Origin: an uncultured Bacteroidales bacterium
GTDB taxonomy: Bacteria > Bacteroidota > Bacteroidia > Bacteroidales > UBA932
Assembly: GCA_944322575.1 (NCBI GenBank)
Contig: CALUPK010000003.1
Location: forward strand, 22,388 to 86,387
Direction of reading: 5' to 3'
Length of the DNA: 64,000 bases
A program made the translations under genes and the position numbers. Below the pieces are notes generated by a model. That model was not told the DNA's origin, did not search any database, and worked only from the letters and a program-made list of their open reading frames with translations. How positions within the stretch are numbered: the first letter of the stretch is position 1; every line of letters begins with the position of its first letter. This document shows positions 25,404-35,761 of the stretch, piece by piece.

Positions 25404-26450
25404 ATGAAAAATACGATATACGAGAAGATGGGCGGGGATACCGCGGTGGAGATGAAGGACGATCCCGTGTTCGGGGTCATCGGAGGGGGAAGCTGGGCTA
25501 CGGCCTTAGTGAAGCTGCTGACGGACAACGGGCGGCAGCTGAACTGGTACATGCGCGACACAGGTGCGATAGAGCACATAGAGCGGTATCACCATCACTC
25601 GAAATATCTGCCTGCGGTGGAACTGGACGCCGACAGTTTTACCATCACCAACGATATCAATTATGTGGTGGAGGAATCGGATATCCTGATCTTCGCCATT
25701 CCCTCGGCCTACTTTCTGAAAGAGGTGAGCCGGATTACCGCGTCTTACGACGGCAAGCTGCTCATCTCGGCGGTCAAGGGCTTCGTGGGTGACCGTTATC
25801 TGACCATCGCCGAGTATTTCCATGACGACCACGGCGTGCCTTTCGACCGGATAGGAGTGATCAGCGGCCCCTGCCACGCAGAGGAGGTGGGCATGCAGCG
25901 CCTCTCGTACATCACCCTCTCGTCCAAGTACATAGAGGTGGCAGAATATCTCTGCGGCTTTTTCCGCAACTACTATGTGAACACGATAGCCTGCACCGAT
26001 ATCTATGGTGTGGAGTACGCCGCAGCCCTGAAGAACGTCTACGCCATCGCCGCCGGTGTCTGCTATGGCTGCGGATACGGTGACAACTTTATGGCCGTAC
26101 TGATAGCCAGCTGCTTCCGTGAGATGAAGGAGTTCATCAACGTCACCAATCCCGATACCCGCCGCAACACCTCCATGTCGGCCTATCTCGGCGACCTGCT
26201 CGTGACCTGCAACTCTCCCTTCTCCCGCAACCGCAACTTCGGCCGCATGCTCGGCAAGGGCTATTCGGTCCAGACCGCCATCCTCGAGATGAGCCAGGTG
26301 GCCGAGGGCTACTACGCAACCAAGGCGATACACGAGATCAACCGCAAGTTCCGGGTCAGCATGCCCATCGCCGATACGGTCTACTCCATCCTCTACGGGA
26401 GGGAAAATGCCGTGGAGGCCATGCGGGCCCTGCAGGACAGCCTGATGTAG
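25404..26450 (+). CDS. gpsA: NAD(P)H-dependent glycerol-3-phosphate dehydrogenase
   Basis: GGGSWATAL dinucleotide-binding motif and GpsA-like sequence throughout. Start at ATG 25404 (ATG 25452 is an alternative). The track start at 25227 reads through the microsatellite. Confidence 0.92.
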   Translation: MKNTIYEKMGGDTAVEMKDDPVFGVIGGGSWATALVKLLTDNGRQLNWYMRDTGAIEHIERYHHHSKYLPAVELDADSFTITNDINYVVEESDILIFAIPSAYFLKEVSRITASYDGKLLISAVKGFVGDRYLTIAEYFHDDHGVPFDRIGVISGPCHAEEVGMQRLSYITLSSKYIEVAEYLCGFFRNYYVNTIACTDIYGVEYAAALKNVYAIAAGVCYGCGYGDNFMAVLIASCFREMKEFINVTNPDTRRNTSMSAYLGDLLVTCNSPFSRNRNFGRMLGKGYSVQTAILEMSQVAEGYYATKAIHEINRKFRVSMPIADTVYSILYGRENAVEAMRALQDSLM

Positions 26451-26507
26451 AACCGGAAAGGAACACTGGAAAAGAACAGAAAAACAATAAACTTAAAAAC
26501 AAAAGTT

Positions 26508-27809
26508 ATGGTAAATGTAAATTTCAAACCCTCGAAGGCGTATATCGAGAAGGCACTCAACGCTTTCGACACCCTTCAGGGAAGACAGGGAAGAGGCAAT
26601 GATTTCTTAGGCTGGCTCGATCTGCCCTCGGACACTCCGGAGTCCATCGTCAGGGGCTGCGAGGACATCGCTAAGGAATGGAAGGACAAGGGCGTGCAGG
26701 TGGCCGTGGTCATCGGTATCGGCGGCTCCTATCTCGGAGCAAAGGCAGCCCTCGAGGCTCTCTCGCACTCCTTCGGCCTCAATGAGAAAGGCATTCACGT
26801 AGTCTTCGCCGGCTTCAACCTCTCGGAGGAATATCACGCCGAGCTTATAGACTACATCCAGGATAAATCGGTGGCAGCCGTGGTAATCTCCAAGTCAGGC
26901 ACTACCACTGAGCCCGCAGTGGCTTTCCGCGTTATCAAGGAGCATATCGAGGAGCGCTACGGCAAGGCCGAAGCCGCTTCCCGTATCGTGGCCGTCACCG
27001 ACAAGGCCCGCGGTGCTCTGAAGAGCCTCTCGGATCAGGAGGGCTACCGTACCTTCGTGATTCCCGACAACGTAGGCGGCCGCTTCTCCGTCCTCACCCC
27101 CGTGGGCCTGCTCCCCATCGCCTTAGCCGGCTACGATATCCGCGCCCTGCTCAAGGGTGCCGCCGCCATGGCCCGCCGCTGCTCCGAACGCAGTGAGGAG
27201 AATCCCGCCCTCATCTACGCCGCAGCCCGCAATGAGCACTACGACGCCGGCAAGAAGGTGGAGATCTTAGTCAATTTCAACCCCAAGCTCCAGTACGTCG
27301 GCGAGTGGTGGAAGCAGCTCTTCGGCGAGTCCGAGGGCAAGGAGGGCAAGGGTATCTTCCCCGCCTCTGTCAACTTCACCACCGACCTGCACTCCATGGG
27401 CCAGTACATCCAGGAGGGCGAGAGGATGCTCTTCGAGACTGTCATCTCCGTAGAGAATGCCGGACGCGAGCTGGTCATCACGAACGACCCCCAGAACCTC
27501 GACGGTCTTAACTTCCTCACCGGCATGCACCTCGAGCACTGCAACAAGATGGCTGAGGCCGGAACCCGTCTGGCCCACCTCGACGGCGGAGTTCCCCAGG
27601 GCAGGGTGACAGTGGACCGCATCGACGAGTACAATCTCGGCGAACTCTTCATGTTCTTCGAAGAGGCCTGCGGTATCTCAGCCTACGTCCTCGGAGTCAA
27701 TCCTTTCGACCAGCCCGGAGTGGAGGCCTACAAGAAGAATATGTTCGCACTCCTCGGCAAGCCCGGTTACGAGGCACAGGCCGAGGCCATCCGCAAGAGG
27801 CTCGAGTAG
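26508..27809 (+). CDS. pgi: glucose-6-phosphate isomerase
   Basis: 433 aa. Short-type PGI pattern (GIGGSYLG, SKSGTTTEP, GGRFSVL, GESEGK). Confidence 0.93.
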   Translation: MVNVNFKPSKAYIEKALNAFDTLQGRQGRGNDFLGWLDLPSDTPESIVRGCEDIAKEWKDKGVQVAVVIGIGGSYLGAKAALEALSHSFGLNEKGIHVVFAGFNLSEEYHAELIDYIQDKSVAAVVISKSGTTTEPAVAFRVIKEHIEERYGKAEAASRIVAVTDKARGALKSLSDQEGYRTFVIPDNVGGRFSVLTPVGLLPIALAGYDIRALLKGAAAMARRCSERSEENPALIYAAARNEHYDAGKKVEILVNFNPKLQYVGEWWKQLFGESEGKEGKGIFPASVNFTTDLHSMGQYIQEGERMLFETVISVENAGRELVITNDPQNLDGLNFLTGMHLEHCNKMAEAGTRLAHLDGGVPQGRVTVDRIDEYNLGELFMFFEEACGISAYVLGVNPFDQPGVEAYKKNMFALLGKPGYEAQAEAIRKRLE

Positions 27810-27837
27810 CCGCTAAAGCATTACAGCAGATCAGCAG

Positions 27838-30663
27838 ATGAGAAAGGAGTTTCTCAGAAGTGTAGCCGGGCAGTTCTACAGCCTTACTGGCGGAGAACTG
27901 CGCGGCTACTGCTTTGTCTTCCCCAACCGCCGCTCGTCCCTCTTCTTCCGCCGCTATCTGGGAGAGACGGCCGACAGACCCATGTTCTCCCCCGCGATAA
28001 CCAACATCAACGACCTCTTCACCGAACTTTCAGGCCTCCATTCCCTCGACCGCATCACCCTCCTGCACCGGCTCTACACCGTGTACCGGGAGAAGGTGGA
28101 GGGCTTCGACGAGAGTTTCGACGATTTCGTCTACCGCGGCGAGGTGATCCTGTCCGACTTCGACGACATCGACAAATACATGGCCGATGCCGCCGGACTT
28201 TTTACGAACATCAGGGACCTCAAGGAGATAGAGGACCGCTACGACTACCTCAGTCCGGCCCAGCGGGAGGCCATAGCCTCGTTCTGGGGGGTGGTCATCC
28301 CTTGCCGCGAGGGGCGCAAGGAACAGCAGTTCTTAGGAATGTGGGACAGCATGCACAGCATCTACACTGGTCTGCGGACTTTGTTAGAGAGCAGGGGAGA
28401 AGCCTACGAGGGCATGATATACCGCTCGGTAGCCGAACGTCTCAAGGAGGGCGACCCGGACCTGCTCCGGGCTCTGGAACGCTATGACCGGACGGTGTTC
28501 GTAGGACTCAATGCCCCGAACCGCTGCGAGCGCACCCTCTTCGAGACTCTTCAGAAACTCGGCCGCGGGGACTTCTACTGGGACTACTACGGCGAGGCTG
28601 TCCGCGACCCGGCCAACAAATCCTCCCTCTTCATGGAGGACAATGTCTCCCGCTATCCCTCCCTCCACCCGCTGCCGGAGGACGGAGGGCTGTGTGAGGC
28701 TCCTCCTAAGATAGAGGCGGTCTCCATCCCTTCGGCTGTAGGCCAGACCAAGTACGTCCACGACATCCTGCAGCGGATAGTCCGGGAGGAAGGCACCTCA
28801 GACCTCTTCTCGACCGCCGTCCTCCTGCCGGACGAGCAGCTGCTTTTCCCTCTGCTCAATTCCCTTCCGGAGGAGGTCACTCCGGTCAATGTCACCATGG
28901 GCTATTCCTTAGCCCACAGCAATGTATCCTCATTCGTGGCAGCCATCGCCTCCCTTCAGGACCGGCTCCGGCTCCGTGACGGGCAGGTCCGTTTCTACTG
29001 GAGGGACGTCCTGGCACTTTTAGCCCATCCCTACATCAGCGGCAGTCCGGCTCTTCAGGAGCGGGCGAAGGAACTCAGGGACAATATTATCAAGGCCAAT
29101 ACCATCTATCCCGAGGCCGGCTTCCTCAGCGAGGGACAGCCTCTCCTCGGCCTGATCTTCCAGGACGCCGCGAGGGCGGATGTCCCCGCCTCGGAGGCTG
29201 TCTCGGACTACCTCACCTCCATTCTGGATGCTGTTACGGAAGGAGCGGACTGTATCGACAAGGAATTCTTAGCGGGCTACAGCCGCAGTCTCAACCTGCT
29301 GCACTCGCTCGGGATAGACATGCGCAAGGATACTTATTTCCGCCTGCTGCGCCGTTTAGAGGCCTCGGTGTCGATTCCCTTCAGCGGAGAGCCGCTGGAC
29401 GGTCTGCAGATCATGGGACCGTTAGAGATACGGGCCCTGGATTTCGAGAACCTGATAATCCTCTCGGTGAACGAGGGCACTTTCCCTTCCCGGAATACGG
29501 CGGCCTCGATGATACCGTACAACCTCCGCCGGGGCTTCGGCCTGCCCACCTACGAGTTTCAGGACTCGATTTCGGCCTATCATTTTTACCGCAGTATCTG
29601 CCGGGCCCGCAGGGTGTGGCTGCTGACCGACAGCCGGGGCGACGGCCTGCGCTCCGGAGAGGAGAGCCGCTATATCAAGCAGCTCGAGTACCATTACGGC
29701 CTGCCGGTGGAGCGCCGTACCGTCTCCTTTACCATTACCGGCAATTCCCTGCCGGAGGTGGCTCCGGTGCCCAAGACCACGGAGCATATAGAGAGACTGC
29801 GCGGGATGACATTCTCCAATTCCTCCATGCAGACGTGGATGGGCTGTTCCATGCGTTTCTACTACCAGTATATCTTAGGTCTCAAGGAAGAGGAGGACCT
29901 TTCCGAGGGGGTGGACAATGCCGCCTTCGGCACGCTCTACCACTATGTCATGCGCCGGCTCTACGAACCATTCAAAGGCCATCCCGCAGACAGGGCCGCA
30001 CTCAGGAAAATGGCTGCGGATACAGAACGCATAGCCGCATTGGTGGATGAAGGCTTCCATGACGAACTGGAACTGAAGGAGATAAGCGGACGCAACCGTA
30101 TCGCCGGAGCCTTAGTGGCCAAGTTAGCGGCCAGGACTCTGGAGGTGGATGCCGCCCGTCCGGATGGAGAGGAGATCAGTTCCGTCGTGGCCTTGGAAGA
30201 GAACTATACCGCGTCATTCCGGACTCCGGCAGGGCACGATGTCCGGCTCCGGGGCATTTTCGACCGGGTCGACAGGGTGGGAGGCCGGCTGAGAATCGTG
30301 GACTACAAGACCGGCGGGGAGCATTTCAGCTGCCGGGAGATAAGCGAGCTCTTCCAGAGCGATACCCACGGCGGAGGCAGTCATTTCTTCCAGCTGCTGC
30401 TGTATCTGCTTATCCTGTCTGACCGTAAGCAGGAACCTAAGGTGGATGACGTGGAGAACGTCCTCTTAGAGATATACTACACCCGGAACCTCTATACCGG
30501 GGGACAGGCCTGGCGCACGCCCCTTAAATCCGAATATGAGGAGTTCACTCAGGCATTGGGGACCCTTCTGGACCGTATCCTGAATCCGGACGAGCCGTTC
30601 ACTGCCTGCGAGGACGGGGCAGCCTGTGAGTATTGTCCCTTCACTGCATTGTGTAACAGATAA
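27838..30663 (+). CDS. PD-(D/E)XK nuclease family protein, AddB-like subunit
   Basis: 941 aa. C-terminal nuclease region (RIVDYKTG) with a terminal Cys cluster CEDGAACEYCPFTALC. Its stop directly abuts the ATG of the UvrD-type helicase gene. Confidence 0.83.
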   Translation: MRKEFLRSVAGQFYSLTGGELRGYCFVFPNRRSSLFFRRYLGETADRPMFSPAITNINDLFTELSGLHSLDRITLLHRLYTVYREKVEGFDESFDDFVYRGEVILSDFDDIDKYMADAAGLFTNIRDLKEIEDRYDYLSPAQREAIASFWGVVIPCREGRKEQQFLGMWDSMHSIYTGLRTLLESRGEAYEGMIYRSVAERLKEGDPDLLRALERYDRTVFVGLNAPNRCERTLFETLQKLGRGDFYWDYYGEAVRDPANKSSLFMEDNVSRYPSLHPLPEDGGLCEAPPKIEAVSIPSAVGQTKYVHDILQRIVREEGTSDLFSTAVLLPDEQLLFPLLNSLPEEVTPVNVTMGYSLAHSNVSSFVAAIASLQDRLRLRDGQVRFYWRDVLALLAHPYISGSPALQERAKELRDNIIKANTIYPEAGFLSEGQPLLGLIFQDAARADVPASEAVSDYLTSILDAVTEGADCIDKEFLAGYSRSLNLLHSLGIDMRKDTYFRLLRRLEASVSIPFSGEPLDGLQIMGPLEIRALDFENLIILSVNEGTFPSRNTAASMIPYNLRRGFGLPTYEFQDSISAYHFYRSICRARRVWLLTDSRGDGLRSGEESRYIKQLEYHYGLPVERRTVSFTITGNSLPEVAPVPKTTEHIERLRGMTFSNSSMQTWMGCSMRFYYQYILGLKEEEDLSEGVDNAAFGTLYHYVMRRLYEPFKGHPADRAALRKMAADTERIAALVDEGFHDELELKEISGRNRIAGALVAKLAARTLEVDAARPDGEEISSVVALEENYTASFRTPAGHDVRLRGIFDRVDRVGGRLRIVDYKTGGEHFSCREISELFQSDTHGGGSHFFQLLLYLLILSDRKQEPKVDDVENVLLEIYYTRNLYTGGQAWRTPLKSEYEEFTQALGTLLDRILNPDEPFTACEDGAACEYCPFTALCNR

Positions 30664-33600
30664 ATGACAGAGAATATGCTGGAGATATGCAAGGCGTCGG
30701 CCGGGTCGGGCAAGACCCACAAACTTACCGGGGAGTATCTGCGGATGCTCTTCAGCGGCGGGACCGACCGCTATAAATCGATTCTGGCGGTGACATTCAC
30801 CAACAAGGCTACCGGCGAGATGAAGCAGAGAGTCCTCGAGGAGCTGCACCGGATAGCCTCTGGGGAGAAATCCCCATTCATCGCTGACCTCGCCCGCTCG
30901 GGCCGGTTTGCGGACATGGCTTCCGCCGGCAGCACTCCGGAGGCCGTGGAAGAAGCGGTGTGCCGGCATGCCTCGGCTCTGCTCTCGGCTATTCTGAACG
31001 ACTACTCTCTCTTCAATATCAGCACTATCGACCGGTTCTTCCAGCAGGTGCTCAGGGCATTCGCCATAGAGACCGGGCATTTCTCGTCCTATAATGTAGA
31101 GATCAACGACGACAGCATCTTAGCCATAGCTGTGGACGAGCTGATGGGCTCGATAGATGACAACGAGGAACTGCTGCAGTGGCTCATCGACCTGTCCGTG
31201 GAGGCGGTGGAGAACGGCCGCGACTGGAACAGCGTGCCCCAGCTGCTCCGTTTAGGCTCGGAACTCTTCAAGGAACCGTTCAAGCTGGCGGTGCGCGGCT
31301 CCGGGGTGGAACTGGCCGGGCGCACCTCCATAGCCGAGTGCGGGAAGGCCATGCGGAAGATAGTTAGGGACTTCCGCGAGGAGTGCCGCAGGATGGCGGA
31401 CGAGGCGGCGGCCATAATGAGCCGTTATGATCTTGTACCCTCTGATTTCAAGGGCGGTTCCCGCTCGTTCATGAACTATTTCGACAAGCTGCGTTCCGGA
31501 CGCTACGAGGCCCCTCCGGCCACATTTGTCAGCATGGCGGAGGAAGAGCCGGCCAGATGGTGCGCCTCCTCGGCCAAAACCCGGGCCTCCGACATAGCCT
31601 CCGCATATCATGCCGGGCTGGCGGAGCTGGTCCGCAGGGCCTCCGACCCGGACCGCCTCACCAAGTACTTCACAGCCCTGGAGATACTGCGAAATCTTTC
31701 CGTGGCCGGTATCCTGAGCGACATCGAGGCTCAGGTCCGGGACCACTGCCGCCGCAACAACTTAGTCCTGCTTTCCGACACCCCGCGCTTCCTGTCGGAC
31801 ATCATCGACGGCAGCGACACACCTTTTATATACGAGCGCGTGGGCTCCCGCTTAGACAACTACCTGCTGGACGAGTTCCAGGACACCTCCCGGATGCAGT
31901 GGGACAACTTCGAACCCCTGCTCCGCGACAGTGTGGACGCCGGCAGTCCATGCCTGATAGTGGGCGACGTCAAGCAGAGCATCTACCGCTGGAGAGGCTC
32001 CGACTGGAGGCTGCTGGATACGGAGATAGCCTCCCGTTTCGACCCCCGCAAGGTCCACACCGATACCTTAGCCTACAACTGGCGCAGTTCCGCCGAAGTG
32101 GTTTCCTTCAACAATTCCTTCTTCGGCTCCGTCGGGGCCCTGACCGGTGATGAGCTCATAGGCCGCATCTACTCCGACGCCGTGCAGCGGATACCGGAGG
32201 GCAGCAGCCGTCCCGCAGGGCATATCCGGGTCACATTTACCGAAGGCAACAGCGCGGATATGTGGGAGGAAAGTTACCTGCAGCGGATTCTCGATGCGGT
32301 CCGCACCCTTATGGAACACGGCTACCGCCCCGGGGACATAGCCTTCTTGGTCCGGACCCGTGCCGAGGGCGCCGCCATATCGGACCTGCTGATAGCCAAC
32401 GGCTACAATATCATGACGGAGGACTCCCTCCGTCTCTCCTCCTCCGCAGCGGTGCGCCGGACCGTGGACTGCCTGAAAGAGATGGCCGCCGGTGGGACGG
32501 CTCCGGACGGGGAGGACGGCCCGGCAGCCGGGAAATCCCTCTACAATATCTGCGAGACCCTTCTGCGCTCCCGTCCCGAAGGGCAGGAGGACGGCGGCTC
32601 GGCCTTTGTAAATGCCTTCTTAGACTGTGTTCTGGAATATATCGGGGCGGAGGGCTCCGACCTCACCGGCTTCCTGCGCTGGTGGGAGACCGAGGGGGCC
32701 GACCGCTCCGTCTCGGCTCCGGAGGGCAGGGACGCCCTGCGCGTGATTACGATACACAAGTCCAAGGGCTTGGAATTCAAGGCCGTCATCGTGCCTTTCC
32801 TCCAGATACCCTTTGCGCCCAAGGGCAACACCGCCAAATACATCTGGTGCGGATCCTCCGTACAGCCCTTTGATATGCTGCCGGTCTATCCCTTAGAATG
32901 CCGCAGCAGTCTGGAACAGACCGTATTTGCCGGAGACTACTTGCGGGAGAAGCGCTACAGCGCCGTGGATGCGGTCAATGTGGCATACGTCGCCTTTACC
33001 CGGGCGGTACAGGAGCTCATTGTCTTCGCCCTCGTGCGTCCTTCCAAGAACGGCCCGGCCCCCACGTCCGTATCCCATATCCTCTATTCCCACCTTCAGG
33101 GACAGCTTGAGGACGGGATCTACGAATTAGGAGAATGGACCTCGCCCCAATACCGGAAAGGCGGGGAGAGGGGAGCAGCCGGGGAGGAGATGGCCCGCGT
33201 GCCGTCGGTTCCCATAGGGGACAGGCTCAGGCTCTCCTTCCGCGGGGAGGAGTTCTTCAAGAGGGACAGCCGCCGCACCAGAGGTATTGTCCTGCATGAG
33301 ATATTGTCTAAGGTGGAGACGGCCTCCGATTTAGAGGAGGCGGTGCGGGGGGCCGTGGTCTCCGGCATTCTCCCCGCCAAGGAGGGGCCGCAGGTGCTGG
33401 AGCAGCTCTCCGTGATGCTGCGGTCGGTGAGCGGCAGGCATTGGTTCGACGGGACTTACCTTCTGATGAACGAGGCCACCGTCATTGCTCCCGGAGGGGA
33501 CAGCTACCGTCCGGACCGGATGATGTTCAGTCCTGACGGACAGAAGGCTGTGGTGGTGGACTACAAGTTCGGCAGCCGCAGGGACGGGCAGTACCGCGCC

Positions 33601-33714
33601 CAGGTCCGGGGGTATATGGACCTTCTCGGGCAGATGGGCTACCGGGAGGTGGAGGGATGGCTGTGGTACGGGGAGGACGGAGTGGAGGAAGTGGGACAAT
33701 CTGCGGGGAAATGA
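30664..33714 (+). CDS. UvrD/Rep-family helicase with C-terminal nuclease, AddA-like subunit
   Basis: Walker A ASAGSGKTHKLT, motif II LLDEFQDTS, VGDVKQSIYRWRG, C-terminal VVVDYKFG nuclease motif. Confidence 0.9.
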   Translation: MTENMLEICKASAGSGKTHKLTGEYLRMLFSGGTDRYKSILAVTFTNKATGEMKQRVLEELHRIASGEKSPFIADLARSGRFADMASAGSTPEAVEEAVCRHASALLSAILNDYSLFNISTIDRFFQQVLRAFAIETGHFSSYNVEINDDSILAIAVDELMGSIDDNEELLQWLIDLSVEAVENGRDWNSVPQLLRLGSELFKEPFKLAVRGSGVELAGRTSIAECGKAMRKIVRDFREECRRMADEAAAIMSRYDLVPSDFKGGSRSFMNYFDKLRSGRYEAPPATFVSMAEEEPARWCASSAKTRASDIASAYHAGLAELVRRASDPDRLTKYFTALEILRNLSVAGILSDIEAQVRDHCRRNNLVLLSDTPRFLSDIIDGSDTPFIYERVGSRLDNYLLDEFQDTSRMQWDNFEPLLRDSVDAGSPCLIVGDVKQSIYRWRGSDWRLLDTEIASRFDPRKVHTDTLAYNWRSSAEVVSFNNSFFGSVGALTGDELIGRIYSDAVQRIPEGSSRPAGHIRVTFTEGNSADMWEESYLQRILDAVRTLMEHGYRPGDIAFLVRTRAEGAAISDLLIANGYNIMTEDSLRLSSSAAVRRTVDCLKEMAAGGTAPDGEDGPAAGKSLYNICETLLRSRPEGQEDGGSAFVNAFLDCVLEYIGAEGSDLTGFLRWWETEGADRSVSAPEGRDALRVITIHKSKGLEFKAVIVPFLQIPFAPKGNTAKYIWCGSSVQPFDMLPVYPLECRSSLEQTVFAGDYLREKRYSAVDAVNVAYVAFTRAVQELIVFALVRPSKNGPAPTSVSHILYSHLQGQLEDGIYELGEWTSPQYRKGGERGAAGEEMARVPSVPIGDRLRLSFRGEEFFKRDSRRTRGIVLHEILSKVETASDLEEAVRGAVVSGILPAKEGPQVLEQLSVMLRSVSGRHWFDGTYLLMNEATVIAPGGDSYRPDRMMFSPDGQKAVVVDYKFGSRRDGQYRAQVRGYMDLLGQMGYREVEGWLWYGEDGVEEVGQSAGK

Positions 33715-33750
33715 TTATATTTGCGTTCGGAATTTAAACTGAACTGAATT

Positions 33751-33963
33751 ATGTCAAAAGTAGTTTACAAAGTCAAGGGCATGATGTGCGGTCACTGCGT
33801 CATGCACGTTCAGAAGGCCCTGGAATCGATGCCGGGTGTTAAGGCAAACGTGACATTGGATCCTGCCTGTGCAGAGATAGAGTTCTCGGGCAAGGTCTAT
33901 GACAAGTCGGAGATACAGGCTGTCATCAGGGAGAAAGCTGGAGAGTATATTCTCGAGGACTGA
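33751..33963 (+). CDS. heavy-metal-associated (HMA) domain protein, CopZ-like
   Basis: 70 aa with the GMMCGHC metal-binding motif. Confidence 0.85.
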   Translation: MSKVVYKVKGMMCGHCVMHVQKALESMPGVKANVTLDPACAEIEFSGKVYDKSEIQAVIREKAGEYILED

Positions 33964-34000
33964 GATGTCAAGATAATAAAACCATCAGTAAAAGAGTTTT

Positions 34001-35749
34001 ATGAAATTAAGTTACAAAAAGTTACAAGTCGCTGCGGCAGTTATTGCCGGACTGGCGGCTATGTGGTCGTGCTCATCTGAAATTAATTTTGACGATGGCA
34101 GTTTCGACCCGACTGTTACAGTAGGAGGTGATTCGCTGGCTATACCGGTTGGTTCCACTCAGGCTATATTCATTGAGGATTTTATGGAGATAGAGGAAGG
34201 CGGTATCATATCCAAGGATGGGGAAGGACGCTACAGAGTCAACTTCAGTCAGTCATTTGAAACGGAAGTGGATGTTAAGGAGATTGTGTCCAGAATACAT
34301 GTCCCGGAACTGCGGAACTCTTTCGATGAGAGCGTCAATATAGGGACGGCAGTTCCTGATGCTGTTTCCGGAAAGTACAGGGTGGAGGTTGTGAGTCTCT
34401 CTGATCCCTATCCTTTCGAGATTGATCTATCGGACGCAAAAGAGTATGTGTCAAGTATAGACAGGATCGAGGTGGACGGTGCCCTCAGGTTCTCTGCTGT
34501 TATGGAGGGGATGCCTGCCGGAACAGAGATAGAAGTGGATGTTACATTCCCGGAAGAGTTTATTTTCCGGAACGGTCAGAAAGGTGTGGTGACATTTGAG
34601 GGAGTGGCTGACAGCCGTGGCGTTGTGGATTTTGATGTCCTGCAGTTGGAGACTATTGCATTGAATTTCGATGCGGGGTCATCGTTTGTCTTTAAAGATG
34701 AGATTAATATAGAGCGTTTCGCCATAGAGATGGATCTTGATCCTTCAACATTTTCCGGTCCTACCGGAGTAAGATTCGATCTGGAACTGACTTCTGTTTC
34801 CGGAGGTTCTCCCAAGCCTGAGGCTTTCTACGGCAGGGTTAGGATCAGCCTTGACCATGAGGATGATCTGTACAATGAGAACAACTGGATATCACTCGAA
34901 GACATTCCTGAGTTCCTTAAGTCCGAGGATGTGGTGCTGGATTTCACATCTCCCTATATCGATGTGGCGCTTACATCCAATTTAGGAGTGCCCATGGTGG
35001 TGAATGCCGGTCTGACGCCGTATTTCGGTGATGATATGAATCTGGCAGCAGGGAATCCGCTCTCAGTGTCCATTTCATCTCCTTTCTGTATCAATCCATC
35101 TGCACCTGAGACTGTCCGCTACTGGTTGTCAGATGAGAAAGAAGAGGAGGTTGCTGACGGCTATACGTGGGTTGATGCAGATGTGGCTGAGTTCATACGT
35201 CGGATTCCCGACAGGATATACTTGAGTTATGGCGGCTATTCAGATGTAAACAGTGCTGAGGAGCATTTTATAGATTTTACTGAGGACAGTTACTTTGTGG
35301 ACGGCAGCTTCAGCTTTGTCCTGCCTTTTGAGTTCGGCGAGGATCTTTATCTGCCAGTGAAGGATACGGTTACCGGTCTGCCTGATATACTGTCCACTCT
35401 CCTGAAGTCTGCAAATCTCATAGTTGAAGGCAATGTAGAGAGTACTTTCCCTGTGGACATCATTCTCAGTGCATACTTCATAGATTACAGCGGTGCTCCA
35501 GTCGGCCGTCTTACAAGCAGCAGAATCAAGGCTGCCATGTCGGAAGACCAGCCTGAAGTGTCTCCAGTAGTTCTGACATCTGACCAGATTGCTGAAGGCA
35601 GCAGTCTTGACGCTATCGTTATAGAATTTGCCTTGGACGGAACAGCATCTGGACTCGCTCTTTCAGACAAGTCGTATATAAGAATGTCCGACATCGTTCT
35701 TAAAGCTCCGGGTGGAGTGACTATAGACAGCAACAATATGAACTTTTAA
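34001..35749 (+). CDS. acidic surface lipoprotein, unknown function
   Basis: 582 aa. Lipobox AAMWSCSS. Very D/E-rich. No motif I recognise. Confidence 0.65.
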   Translation: MKLSYKKLQVAAAVIAGLAAMWSCSSEINFDDGSFDPTVTVGGDSLAIPVGSTQAIFIEDFMEIEEGGIISKDGEGRYRVNFSQSFETEVDVKEIVSRIHVPELRNSFDESVNIGTAVPDAVSGKYRVEVVSLSDPYPFEIDLSDAKEYVSSIDRIEVDGALRFSAVMEGMPAGTEIEVDVTFPEEFIFRNGQKGVVTFEGVADSRGVVDFDVLQLETIALNFDAGSSFVFKDEINIERFAIEMDLDPSTFSGPTGVRFDLELTSVSGGSPKPEAFYGRVRISLDHEDDLYNENNWISLEDIPEFLKSEDVVLDFTSPYIDVALTSNLGVPMVVNAGLTPYFGDDMNLAAGNPLSVSISSPFCINPSAPETVRYWLSDEKEEEVADGYTWVDADVAEFIRRIPDRIYLSYGGYSDVNSAEEHFIDFTEDSYFVDGSFSFVLPFEFGEDLYLPVKDTVTGLPDILSTLLKSANLIVEGNVESTFPVDIILSAYFIDYSGAPVGRLTSSRIKAAMSEDQPEVSPVVLTSDQIAEGSSLDAIVIEFALDGTASGLALSDKSYIRMSDIVLKAPGGVTIDSNNMNF

Positions 35750-35761
35750 AGGCTAAGGAAG

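Noticed and set aside
25130-25579. A 149-aa minus-strand ORF (SPFSFLL repeats) and the 407-aa extended version of gpsA starting at 25227 (KGERRKE repeats).
   Set aside because: Both read through the (GGAGAAA)x11 microsatellite. GpsA homology only begins near 25404-25452.
27838-33714. The nuclease + UvrD-helicase pair as a possible phage-defence module.
   Set aside because: Its size, motifs and tight coupling match the housekeeping AddAB/RexAB-type recombination-repair complex. It is flanked by core metabolic genes (pgi, gpsA).
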